Shown here in pieces: positions 1 through 13,878 of a stretch of DNA of 64,000 nucleotides. The notes below the pieces were generated by a model that saw only the letters and a program-made list of their open reading frames with translations, ran no database searches and was not told where the DNA came from. Numbering within the stretch: the first letter of the stretch is position 1; each line of letters opens with the position of its first letter. The stretch is from Adineta vaga. Taxonomy: Eukaryota; Animalia; Rotifera. The DNA is taken from positions 8,060,001-8,124,000 of the forward strand of contig CP075495.1 of the NCBI GenBank assembly GCA_021613535.1. Reading direction: 5' to 3'. The translations under genes were made by a program, and so were the position numbers.

Positions 1-493
1 TACACAAACATTCGAATAGTTTTCTTTCATCAAAATCAAGAGAAAAAGTTGTAATCTCTATTTTTCCCAGCTATATTGCTTCAATACATATATAAATGTA
101 TCTATGTCACTAAACATCAACGAGTTAGCCTTCAAACAAAGGTTTATTTTCATACTCGTACATAACTATTATATTATCTTTTGACAGATTCTATTGCTCA
201 AACAATGTGTCATTCAACTTTTTTCATTATCATCAATTCAATCAAAAACTGTCGCTCAAGAAATCATCAATTTCAATATATATATATGTATGTATTTTTA
301 TACAAAAGCACTCATATAAGGCGTAATAATAAATAAATATTAATATTCTTTACTTAAAAAAAAGGAGATATATGTATAGATATATATAATGTGAAGAAAA
401 GCTAGTGCAAAAGAAAGAGAAGAGTGAAGCACTGAAAGGCGATTAAAATAAAGTTGTTATTAGTTATTTTTTGTTTCTTTTCTTATGATTCTA

Positions 494-1449
494 TCAAAGT
501 AATCCAGCATCCATTAATGAATGCATATCTTCGACAATATCTTTAATAATTGCACGATTGCTTGTTGCATTTGGATTGAAAACATAATCGAGAAATTGTA
601 AATTAGATACATAATTATAAATATAATCAATACGTGTATGAGATTTTTGTGTTAAATGTGTTGAAACAATTTTATGAGTTAATTCTTGACATTCTTTACA
701 CATTCGTGTTAGAAACAGACGATCGAATGTAAAATCCACTTCATAAAATGTAACGATAGCTTTTGATAATGAATGAAATCGATTACGAAAATCATCGATT
801 AATTTACTTTCGAAATCTGTAAATAGATTATTTTTATATAAAATACCCAATTTAACAATAGTTTTAATAATTGCTTTTAATAATTTGTCAGCTTCTTTTT
901 TACTACCTGAATAACCACGTATTAATTTATGTAAATTATCTAATACACGACCACTTGTTTCATCAATAAAAACTTTCGCAACTGATTTTGATGAAATTTT
1001 ACTAAAAAAAATGAAGAATTTTAGTCAAGAATGAAAGGCAACTTCGAATCTGATTACCTTAAAAGTTTCTTTTGAGCACGTACACCAAGACTTTGTGCTG
1101 AAGCACTTGTTGGTAAATCATCTTCATCAGCTAGAAAAAAAAATCGATATTGATCTTAGACAGAATTACATTTGTTTGGCTTGTCTATGAAAATAAGAGA
1201 TTAGAGATGAAGATTTTCAATTGTTATCAATTGAATAGTAAAAATAGAAATTGTTTTTCTATATTTAAAATTGTTTTAGAACACAAGATAACAAAAAAAA
1301 GTCAGTTACTCACACTCAATAGCTCCTTCTAATTGTCTGGCAAGTTGCAGCGAAACAGAAACAGTTGTCGATGTGTTTGCTGCTGCTGCTGCTGATGCTG
1401 CTGCTGTTGTTGTCGTTGATACTAACTTATGATTTGATTTAGAGGTCAT
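494..1449 (-). CDS. TNFAIP8: TNF-alpha-induced protein 8 (TIPE) family protein, proximal-start isoform
   Basis: Exons ~1449-1314, 1130-1058 and 1001-494 with GT-AG introns. They translate to ...AQSLGVRAQKKLLSKISSKSVAKVFIDATSGRVLDNL...KEADKLLKAIIKTIVKLGILYKNN...FYEVDFTFDR...HLTQKSHTRIDYIY, the TIPE/DUF758 signature. Confidence 0.9.
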
Positions 1450-2410
1450 AATACGATTTTTCGGGTAATAGTTTTTTTTAATACATTAGAAAATCTAATG
1501 ACAATAATTGAATAGTATATTGAAACAAGTAGTTGATACGATCATAATATCTCGTACGTGTATGACGTATGTTCAGTTTAGACGATGTTACTTGTTTTTC
1601 CACTTTTACTGAGTTTCTATTCTTCCTCTCGGTCGACTCGTAAGATGTAAAAGATAGATAGATAGAGGAAGAGAGAGAGAGGGAGAGCGCGCAAAGAAAA
1701 AGAAGAAGAAGTAGAGGAAACAATTTAAAAACTAAATAATATTTCAAGAGAAAAACACAATTTTTAACGTTTGATCTACAGGTATTTGACATTCATTTTG
1801 CAACCATATATTTGATATTTTCTTTTCTTCGTTATATAGAATCGACGATGTTAAATATGATTACGAAGTATTAACAAAGAGAAAAGGAATCGATATATAG
1901 GTATCAATGAATGTTTTGTTTTGATTTTCAGAATAAAAAATCTCGTAATATTGCACGAGAATGCGAACATGTGTCAATTGATAACATAAGTGTAAATGAT
2001 GACGAAAAAAAAACAAGATTTATATGCATTATTTGTCTTGCTAGGAAAAAAACTCAAGAAGAAATGTCATCTCGTTTTCAAACTATCATAATTCAAGTTG
2101 CATATCTTTTTTTCTCTAATGATTGGTATTCATGGTTCATTAAAAAGTCTTATGATAGATGATGACGGGAAAATGGAAAGCATTCATGTGTTCATGACAT
2201 AAGATATATAATGGAATTATTCATCGAGAAAGCAAAAAAAGAAACAAGTTAATCAGAATAACAATCTTCATAAAAAAACACTTTTCTCAATTTTTATGAC
2301 ATCAAAATAGTTTTGACAAACGTATCCAATGCTTTCTTTTCCGGACGATTACATAAAACAAATCTTTTCTTTCCTAATTCTAGATAAATAACTAAAACCG
2401 TTGTACATAC

Positions 2411-2498
2411 CACTATCTTCTTCATCATCAACTTCTTTAAGATATTTTTCAACTAATTTTGTACTTCCTTCGATTATTGAATCTTTTTTGTCTGTCAT
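2411..2498 (-). CDS. Putative alternative first coding exon of TNFAIP8 (MTDKKDSIIEGSTKLVEKYLKEVDDEEDS)
   Basis: ATG at 2498 is preceded by a TTTAG acceptor (2508-2509). The exon ends at a GTATGT donor (2410) in phase 1, matching TNFAIP8 exon 2 (starts 1130). Confidence 0.55.
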
Positions 2499-5400
2499 AT
2501 TTTAATTCTAAATAAACATAAAATAGAATAAGTATGACGTTTTTTTTTTGACTCTACGAGAATCTTTCATGAAGAATTCCTCCTTCTTATCTTCTCATCT
2601 TCTAATATGTTGACATCGGCGACAGTAAAATATTGTTAAATTTGCTTTTATCTCATGATCAGAACATTTACTTTTGTTGAAATTATTCCAGTTAGTTGAT
2701 GATAGTGCAACAAAATTTAGAGTAATTCTAATTTGCAATTTAATACAAAGATTGTCATTTTGACATATCAGAAAAAAACATATCTCCGAGATTGATTATT
2801 GAGAAAAGGAAATATCAGATCGTATTTTTTTTAGTGAGGAAAAATATTTCCGTAGGATATATATATATATCAATCTATTTAGTTACACGTTATGAATAGC
2901 TCTGCTTTTCTGAACTTTGTTACTTAAGTACAATATTCGTATAAATTTTTCGAATAAATTATACTAATCAGATTGTCAATAGAGTACACAGTTGATTCGA
3001 TTCTCCGCTTGAAATGCTACTTAACAAAGTAGTATATATATTTTGTTCTCATAAAGTAATTCTTTTCGTGATTAAATATTAACCAGAAAATTTCAGATTA
3101 GAAACTTACTCGAAGTGTGTTGATTTGTACTTGATTTGTTGGAAAATAGTAGGCAATAATCTCTCGATCGAATTACTTTATACTCGAGAAAAGAGGAAGA
3201 ATCTTGATTGCTGGTTTATCTCAATCTTCACTTTTCTTAATTGTTGTTGATATATGCGTAATAGTATGTTGTGTTAAACGTGTGCTGATCGAATCGTTTG
3301 ATTCTTTATCTCTCGTTCTAACCCTGCACGATCTATTCGTCGTTGGTTATATTCTATAGACCAAAGAAAAAGAAAGAAGAGCGAAAGAGAAGGTAGAAGA
3401 ATTAGATCATCGAAGCTATATGATTATGATGTTGTCGTCGAATTGAATAGGTCCACAAACGATAGACATGTGTCATAGTTTATCGATTAGTAGTTATTCG
3501 CATTCTGTCGTACATCACATTAGAATAAATATAGATAGTTCTAGTTGGTAGATAAATGTCAGATGTATTTTCAAACAAATGTTTTCTCTTCTTTTCCTCG
3601 ATACGAAATAGACCTTAAAATGCGAGAAATTTAGATAAATACTTTTATGGAGATCCAATCATATGATAGAAGAAAAAAGACAGACTCAAGTGATGGAAAT
3701 AAAAAACAAGTCTCTAAATCAATCAATTAATAATGTCTGTCCATATTGATCGAAGAATAAAGTATATAAATAATACAATTTCTTCTTCTTTTTTCTGATC
3801 TAATTGAATATTGGAAAAAGAATTATAAAATGAAAATAAAGAAGACATTTTTCCAAACATAGATCAACAAATGTCGATATCAAAATGATGTTGTATACAT
3901 TCTTTTATATCTCATTTCAGTAATATTATCGATCAGATTATCTTTAGTATTTATTCATCAAGAGATATAATCATATCTTCTTCATTCAATTTGCAAAACA
4001 CATCGACGCACTTGAATGTAAATATCCATTAATCGTTTATGTATATATATATATATATATGACATGAATTATAGATTATTCTTTAAATCAAACAGATGTT
4101 GTTTAGAGTGACAAAATTCAATCTGACAAGAAGGTTACTGACAAGCGTAATCATTGTTGTCATTTTGATAAACGACAAGCTCATCATTTTCATCTGCACT
4201 ATCGTCATGAAGATTTTGATATATCTTACTGTTATCATTTGCTTCGTCTAGACAAAATCAATCACAAATATCATTGATCCAATAGAGAGAAACTGCACAT
4301 GACGATGATATTTTTGTTAAAGTTTGTTGAGTGTTCATCTCATGATGTATTCTTTTCTTTGATAATACAACGTTCGATGTCAAGATCGTTGGATCAGTCA
4401 TCACAAAACCACTTAAATCCTTCGATATTTGACCTCTTAGAAATATCACTTTGGTATACTAAGAATGCAGCACTATCGTACTTAGTTTCATATTGAATAT
4501 ACCCACTAAAGTACTATTCGAAAGAATGTAAATATAGATCAAAGTTCAGAAAATCATGCCGATTTTCTTTTTTTGGCTAGAATGGAGTATCTGCAATATA
4601 TCATGTATGTGCGTGATAATAATATATGAAAGTATTTTTTCAAAATGAAAAATCATACTCTACATAAAGTATCATATAAGCAGTTTCTTAACAATTCATA
4701 GAAAAAGTACTCACTATATTTCATAAAATTCTGTTAAGATAATTTTTTCTATTTTGTATGCATATATTGGTTTAAGGAATTACTGATGTAAATTTTTAAT
4801 GCATCATTTAATCCCAGAAACTGATGGGTTTAATCAAACGTTTATTAATATCAATTGTTCGATGATTAGTCATAATTTAAAAAGTATATTTCCGTTATTA
4901 TCTAATAGACGTGAAGTATTTTGAATTATCATTGTCTCTAAGTAATTAATTTGATTTAAATCTATCCTAGGTAGTAGGCAATTTATGAGGAAACTATCTT
5001 TGTTTTTTGTTTTACTACGATCCAAGAATCGCTATTCGTTCTTTTATTTTCAGTGTGAGTTTATGCTTGTTTGGGTTTACATGATTTACTACGCACACGC
5101 AGAAAAAAACGAAAAAAAAACAGACAAAAAAAGAAAACGAAAGAAGTAGAGTGACCGATTCGATTGTAAACTTATCGATAATTCATTTCTTTTTCTTTTA
5201 ACAATCGTGTTGTTTCATATTTGTCTAATAGGAATAATTGTTAGAAGAAGACATGGACTGACGGAAGTAAAGTTAATATAAAAAAAGAGTGATCGCTGCT
5301 TTTCGTATGTTCACCATATCCGAAAGATAGACAAAGAGAAAGAAAACAAAATAGTGATATTGATATATATATATATACGTATGGAGAGGGAAAGAGAGAG

Positions 5401-5930
5401 AAAATGAGTACACAACAAGGGATAGATCATGTAGAAATGCTCACACTAAAAATAAATATACATCTATACAAAGAGCGAGAAGACATCAAGTGCGAGTCAT
5501 CTGTTTAATATATATTCTAGAGAAGTAGAAATTAACAGACGTATCAGATCAGAATTTAAAGATAAACAATAACAAACAACAGCAACAACTCACATCAATG
5601 TATTGTTTTTTTCTGTGAAAAACTGAGCGCAGAAAAACACGAAAAGAAAAACGAAAGATATATGTATATAAGAGAGAGAGAGAGATTGGCTTTGATTCAC
5701 ATCCACACATCAAGATTTATCTTCGTTGTCTGAATTGACAAATTCGAAGAAATCAACTTTACTGTTATATAATAGAAACAAACAAAGATTGTGCCGGTGT
5801 GCCAATATGGCTACAAAAAAGAACGACAACACACAAAGAAAACCGAAAGAAAAGAAAACCAAACAAACACATGATAACAACATTGCATCAAACAGCAAAC
5901 ATGCAACAATGAAAATTCGATATGTATATA

Positions 5931-8900
5931 TCATACAAATTTCACGAAAGCATGATATAATCTCAATAATGTTTCCATATGAATTGGTAGACAACTAGCA
6001 CGTTCATTTGTTTTTGCATCAATTAATAACCAAGATAAACGATTATATGATTCCAAAACATGTCTGAAAAAAGCAAGAGAAAAGAAATTTATCAAGAAAA
6101 TCTACTTTATTTTATTTTATTTCATACCTTAGTACAACATATGTATAATTTGAATCTAATGGATGAGTTAATTTTTGATCATTACTCTGAGCAAATAACA
6201 TATCATCTGAATGTTGAGCATTAGGTACACTAACATGTAATGTTGCTTTGAAAACACTACAAGTATTATTTGTTCGCTGATTAAGTTTACCATGTAACAT
6301 CCATAATGGTAATGGATTTAATGTTCCAATTGTTGAAACATAAAAGCCAAGTGCTAATGGTTGTTGATGCAAAGATGGATGGTCATTCATATCGATTTCG
6401 TATTCAAAATGTGGATAGGAATTAGATTTAAGATTTGTACCATTGGAAGAATTGCCATATGGATGATTACCATTATAATCATGTTGAGCATTGGAAGTAT
6501 TACCTAGCCGATTATGGTGACCACTGGATAGACCATTTGTATTACCATTATGATTCATATCGAGACCATAATTGGAAGAAAATTCCATATCAACTGGAGT
6601 AGGAGATGTTATATTATCAAATGCTTCATTGGGTGGCCCTTCAGGATCAAGATCTTCAAATAATTTACTAAATAGATCATCTTCATTATCAGCAGTTGAA
6701 CGATGATCATTTTGTCGAGGCATCGTTTGAACATGCTAAAGAAAAAATTGAAATGAAAACAATCGACAACATGAATATACAGTGATTCAATATAAAGTTT
6801 TTTTCTCTATTTACCTGCACAGAAGCGGACGTTGGTAATGTGAGAATATGTGTCACAGATACATCGTCTAAGACTTGACCACCATTTTGCATTGTTGTTG
6901 CATTATTATTAGGTGCTTGTGTTCCACGCATTTCTCCAAGTTCTAATGATTCAGGTAGAACAGTTAATGATGGATGTGTTTCCATTGATATTAAACATGC
7001 GGATAAAATCACAGGTTGATCATGACAACGTAAGATATGACACATTGAACAGGAATCACGTATTAACGTTGCACAGCGGACAAGATTTTTTTTCGATAAA
7101 ATTATTCCCCAACCTAGATGAAAACAAAAAAATATTTTTATGTCTTTTTTCTTCTTTAAATATTGAATTATACTTTTTAATTCGCCATGTCCAAGTCTTC
7201 CTAATCTTCCAATTACAATTCTCCAAGGCATAGTAGTACTTGTTACGACACGTATAATAAAATCCCATAATTTTCGTAAGCCAATTCGCCGAGCATGTTG
7301 TACTTTTCTTCGATGTCTACAAAGACAAATCAATTTATGATTAGATTTTCGTGTTATTCTAGGAATTTGAATATTACCTATCAGGTACTTCAATATTAAT
7401 TGAGCATGTTTCTAATAATTCTCCTCTATCATCTGAACATGACGCTAATAGATAACGTTGATCATCGGATAGACAATATGAACAGAATAATATGCTTCCA
7501 TTGATATTTGTCTGTTCAGTTATATCAGCAAATGCTTTAAAACGAAAATCAGATTTCGGTGAAAGAATATATGCTGGTGTATAAAGTTGCATAACCTAAA
7601 AGAAGAATAAAATAAGTGTCTATATGGAAGGAATAATCGTATGAATTGTATTTACAATTTTTGCTGGCATTTTTTCTTCGGATGCAGCTGGACCAAAACC
7701 AGTTAATGATTTTGCTCTCGTTGTATAAGATATGGTTCGTTTCAATTGTCCATATACATTAAATGCTATACGTTTCAATTGAGTTAAACGTAATTCAGAA
7801 TCTGATTCAACTTGTTGACTTATAATGGATTCAAATGGAATGATCTAAAGACAGACATGATATGTTGTTTTATTAATCATATAAAATTCTTTTTTTTTCA
7901 AATTTTATTTACCTGTATATTAACTCGAATGGAAGTTTTATCTGGTAAATCTTTAATCAAATCCATATAAGCACGGAAAATAGCCTTTTTAACATAAGCA
8001 TCCATCATATCATCAATATCTGTATTGTTATTAGTATCATTCTCATCTGTAAGTGTTGCTGTTATTTCATATCGAAATGCATCAATAAGATAAATAACAA
8101 TAAAGAACTGATCATCATTTGATGTTCGTCCTTGATGAAATGATTCGAATGCTTGAAGATCAACTGGATCGACTTGATGACCATTTACAAATGTTCCATT
8201 ACTTAGGGATGAAACATTATTTGATGATAAACTTAGAGTATCAGTCGTAGTTGATCCTGTTGTATAGATATTGTTTGTTAGAAGATTATTTCCTGTCGTT
8301 GTTGATGCTGTCGTTGCAGATGATGCTGTTGATGAAGGAGAAAGTGCATAACCACTATTTGCTAGATCATTATTAGATGTGTGAAGATCAAACGACGACG
8401 ATGAAGAATTGGAAAGATCATTTGGAGTACGAAATACATCACGACGTGTTGAACCTTCTTCTAATAAGGTATTGTCAAATGTTTGTGTGGAAAGAAGATT
8501 TACTGAAAAAAACAGAAGGTTAATATTAAATATAGACATATGAAATCAAATTTCAAAACTTGAACTTACAAAGTTGTCCTTTGATTGTTTGAGCATAAAG
8601 TTTTAATCGTTTTCCAAGTGGATGCGTTGTTTCATGATCTGTAAACCATTGATCAACATTTGGTAAGGTTGTTGAATCATTATTTGATTGTGTTACACGT
8701 AAAAGACCTTGATCAGAAAAGAGTTTCAATAATGGTCTATGTAAACCTAATCGACATAATTCATAATGTGTTGATAATTCTCGAAAATATGTTTTAGTCA
8801 TTGAACATATATAATCATTATCTGGTACAACGCATACATAGGCTATATCTTTGCCTTTAGAATATGGTTCAAGACATAGTTTATCCCAGAATTTGAGACT

Positions 8901-11900
8901 ATATGGTGCTAACATCACCCATTCTCGATCAAGACCAGCAAGAACATATGGTATTGGTTGTGGTCCACTGATTTGATCTTCTAGCTGTACATGTTGATTT
9001 TGTACATATAATAGTTGATGAAATGATTTCCATGTTAGTGGACCATCTATCGTACTCCATAGACCGTTAACATTACGTTTCTTTAATGCTTCAACTAATA
9101 GCGGTTGTAATGAACGTAACATAGTTATTAGTTGTTGATCAGAATCAAGTGGAACTACAAAAAAGAGATAAAAAGCAAATGTACATTCTGTTTGTGAACG
9201 AATATGACTTACATGTAGAATACGACCATTGATGTAACCAATGATGTTTTTCTAGATCATCACCAATTAAACCATTGACAATATTTCGAGATTGTTCAAT
9301 TGCTACACGACATGCTAAGTTTTCATCTAAATAAAACAAAAATGAAATTGTTGCATTTATATAATCGAATTTAGAAGTGATCTACGCAAATTGTATTGAA
9401 TTAATTAGTTAAATTACTAAAATCAATGAAGATCTAGAGGATAATTTTGTCATATAGACTTAATAGCGTAGTAATCGATTCTAGTTTTTTTTCCCAACAA
9501 CTCTACTATTTATAAGTTTGATAAGAATATTCTTATGTGCATGCAAATCTGATTAGTGTATTGAACATGACAAGACATGATTTTAAACTTACATTGATAG
9601 ACCGGTTGTTTTAATATCTGAGAAACATCTGACTCAAATTTCTTCTTTGAAGGTAAAGCTTGAATATTTTTATTTATAAAATAATCGAATGGTGATGGTA
9701 AACATTCTTTACGTTCGATTAATTCTAATAGATTAACAGGTAATTGATCAGTAGATGTACGATACTTTAAATCAGCTTTAAGACCAGTGATTTCCATTTC
9801 ATCTTCATAGAATAATCCCGATAAATAACTTAATCGTAGATTAACAACAGCAGAAAAACCACATGAACATAAGTTATTATTGTTATTATTATTATTGTTA
9901 TTCGTTGATGATATGGCTTGGTGGTGCTGTTGTTGTTGTTGCTGTTGCTGTTGAGGATACATGGAAGGATGTGAATGCATATGATAGGAAGATTGTTGAT
10001 GAGGATACATATGTGGATGATAAGGTGAATGTGTTGGTGGATTGGTTCCTCCTGCAGAGGTTGGCGTTGAAGGTGGTTTGATAAAATCACGTAATTTTTC
10101 TAGATACATTGTAGCATCTGTTCCACGAATATTTAATTCATTCGGTGTACATGCACATAGTACACATGAATCAAAATTCATATCACGAAAGAAATTCAAA
10201 ATACTATCATTTAATAGAACATTAAATAATAATGAATCAACTTCAGGTTGATTAGTTATTGTTGATTGAGAATATGGTGTTGGACTATTGATAGCTTGTA
10301 CACTACCAACTGATCGTATTGGAAATGGAGATGATTGTAAATCTGTTGAACGAATCGATGGATTATTATTCATAGGAGAATAAATATTTGGAGTAGGAAC
10401 ATTTGACATTGACATAGATGTATTTCGTATATCTGTTGACCGTGGTGTATGTTGTTGTCGAAGGATTTGTTGACTATTAAATGGACTTGCTGAATAATCA
10501 TTATTTGTCAATGTTCGTTTCCATTGTCGTAAAGGCTTATGATGAGTTGAAATTGATATAGAAAATGATTTTGATGGTTCATAACGTTTTGTACATTTAG
10601 TTAAAAGATTCTTTTTCAATGGATGATACGATGAATGATCTTCAACAGTAATGGATTCGAAAGGAACTATAATGGATTCTTGACTAAATTGATTGAGCAT
10701 ATCAAAGGTTGAAGCAGCACTACTAACACTATCGACCATGATAGCATAAGGAGAATGTAACGCTTGAAGTTTCTCGGAAGAAGATGATCCAGGTGGAGTA
10801 TTGTAAATTTGTTCCATTTCATGGAAAACTAAAAATAAAATATATTTGATCATTTAATCAAAACCAATTCAATAGTTGAGAATTTTGGAGATAATGCTGC
10901 TAGTCGATATTTACGTCTTTTTCTCTAATTGATTACAAACTTATCAAATCGTTGATTAGTCTTATATATTATGTCTGAACAATTATTTCTTTTTTACTCG
11001 ATCACTGATTAAGGATAAATAGTTCTTCAAAATCATATGCATATCAGACTGAGACTGTGAATGTATTGCTGATTTTTGTACTTTTCGACGTTAAAACGGT
11101 CATATCGTTTGTGAAACTAACCTCCGTTAAGTGATTTATTAATAGGAAATGAATTGCCATTAGTGTTCAATAAATTTGAGGGATGTGGTGGTGGTGGAAG
11201 TAGATGTACATGTGAATTGTCTTTACGCATAGGTGATTTAACACCACCATTTGAAAGAATATGTGAAAGAACATTTGAATTCGTATTTTTATTTTCATTA
11301 GTATCATGTGAATCAATAATTGTATCAAGATCTGCCATCGATGGACCATCCGTTGTATAGAATGATGCTTGATTTTGACGATTACTACCGGTTGGTGTCG
11401 ATGGTGCATAACTTGTTCGTGATGTTGAATCTTCATCATCATCATCGAAATCATATGGATCTGTTCGAGGTAATAAATGACCAGGACTAGGTGGAGTTGG
11501 TTGACCATGTCTATAGAGATGATCAGTTGTTATAAATGTTGATGAGTTATTTATTGCCAATGATGATTGTATATTATTAATTGTTGGATTTGTATCAGAA
11601 CGAAAACGTTTTAATGGTAATTGTAAAAAATTATCTGTCCGATGAAAATCATAGGTTTGTCTATGAAGTTCTCTTTCGTCATCTTCTACAATTGATGAAT
11701 CATCAAATGCAATTGTCGCTGAACGTTTCAATCCTCTTGATGATGTTGAAACTGGTGTAGGAGAATTTGTTTGCACCGAGGTTAAATTTGTGATAGGAGC
11801 AAGTACTGAAGGTGGACCACTAGCACTAACACTATTTGGTGTAGAAACAGTCCATTCATTTGTTTTATCATTGATTGTCTGTTGATTAGAAGGAGTTGGA

Positions 11901-13878
11901 TTATTAACAAGAGGTGATGAGGTTGATTGAGATGTTAAAGCATCATTTTGTGTTAATGTATTTGTATTTTCAATTGATTCTGAGAGATTTTCTGTTTTAA
12001 TACTTTCCGATTTTGTACGAATTGAGGACGGATCAGAGAGAACGGGCGGAGTAGTACGAGGACGACGATGAAATGGAATAAATGATGATAAACGAGTATT
12101 AGATGTTAAACATTGATGACATCGACATGTACGACGATTTGTGGGATCATTGATTAATAAACATTTATTATTTTCTTGTCTTAAAAAAAAAAAGACAATA
12201 ATTTATCGTTCATAATCTATGAATAACATACTTTTTATCAAGATCGATACAATTATTTCGTTGAGCACTGACTAATAATTGATTTGCTAGATTTTTTACA
12301 AGTTCATTGTCATGTTTAGCAGCATCAGATACGATATCTAATGATGTATTTGTTGTCGCTGTTCCTGATGATGTTGATGTTGAAATATTAGATGTTGTCG
12401 GAATTTTTGATTTTTTCGTTGATGATACATCAGATTTTTTATTTGAAGGTGTTGTTTCATTACTTGTAGTTGATTCATCATTCAAAGCAATTTTATATAC
12501 ATAACATGTGGGATAAAACATTCGAATATTACCTGAAGAACATTAATAAAATTATTCTAATAGGTATTTATGTCTAAAAACTCAAGTTTAGCAACAATGT
12601 TGAATATCTAATTTAAATCACTGTCTCATAACATCTTTATTTACATATGAACAAACGAGATAATCACCATTCATATGTCAATTCTTTCTCTTCGGATCAG
12701 ATACTACTGAATTGTTTATTGAAATCTGATCAAGGTCTATTCGTTCTTCTGACTTATATTATTTGATACTATCGATCAGTAACTCTACAATTACACGATT
12801 GATAATAACAATCTCGCGAAAGACATATCTCAACTCTTCTCGAAAGGTCTATAATAAATAATCAAATATCAGAATAATATGTATAGAAAACGAAACATAT
12901 TTCTCTCAAAAATCTTTAAGAGTAAAACTCCATACCAGCAGTGACTTCAACAAAGTCAGGTAGACCATCAATATGTCGAACTGGATAATTTCGTTCCCAA
13001 TTTTCTCTCAATGCATTCATATCAATATCTCTACTAACATGACCAATAAGCATTCCATTAATCCCATAAGGTGCCAAAATTACTGAAAAGAAAACGAGTT
13101 TAATTTCATGAAAAAAAATCTTAATTTTACCATTTGTTGGTGATGTTTTCTCAAAATCTTTGTTTGTTAAATTATAAATGTAACGATGTCGTTGAACATC
13201 AACACTTGCACATACTTTATTATCACCATGAAGAAAAAAGTTGAAATTAAATGAAAAATTTGGCACTTTAACATCAGAATGATCATTGAGTGGTAACACG
13301 AACCATTTATTAATACGAGCAAAGCCTTTCGATAATAAATATCTAAATGAAAAACAATTTACTCATTTATATTTTTCTTCATTTCAAAGTCATACTTTTC
13401 AATCATGTTATGTAATGCTTTGAATAACATTGACCGACAATCATATGACAATGCATTCTCATTCCATGAACCATTGGCTTGATGCATCGCTAAAATTAAA
13501 GGATAATCAATGTATAACTAAATTTATATTTTCTTACGTCTTAAATTTGGTAATTCCGATGGTAGATCTTCATTTATTCCAAATAACCAAAGTTCTTTTT
13601 CTGGTTTTTGTCCATCATCAGTTAATACCCGTCTCCATGCACATAATGTATCAGCACGTATTGCATTCCAGTATGCAATTAAAACAGGATCTTTATAATG
13701 ATTAGGTTCTAAACGATAATTCAATGAACGACGAAAACATTTCCATTTCATATCATTTAAACTTTGCTAAAAAAGACAAAAGAAAATTCGAAACAATAAA
13801 AGTAAGAAATCTTTAACAGATATTTACCAAAGCAAAGAGATTTGTGTGACAATGTTCAAGACTACAAGGTGCACTCAT
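5931..13878 (-). CDS. MED13: Mediator of RNA polymerase II transcription subunit 13 (multi-exon)
   Basis: N-terminus [17 protein letters not shown]. Motifs include [92 protein letters not shown] and [13 protein letters not shown]-terminus [15 protein letters not shown]...SCLPIHM, with stop at 5931-5933. Confidence 0.95.
9873..9953 (-). repeat. Coding trinucleotide repeats (poly-Q and poly-N) in MED13
   Basis: CAA/CAG and AAT/AAC runs encode [26 protein letters not shown]. Confidence 0.85.

Noticed and set aside
1478-2162. ORF-track calls of 83-104 aa (similar ones at 5710-5998 and 17103-17504)
   Set aside because: These run through microsatellites, UTRs or antisense to real exons, and have low-complexity composition.
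4258-4496. Overlapping short ORFs on both strands upstream of TNFAIP8
   Set aside because: No recognisable domain and only a weak donor. Cannot be supported as a further TNFAIP8 exon or a separate gene.
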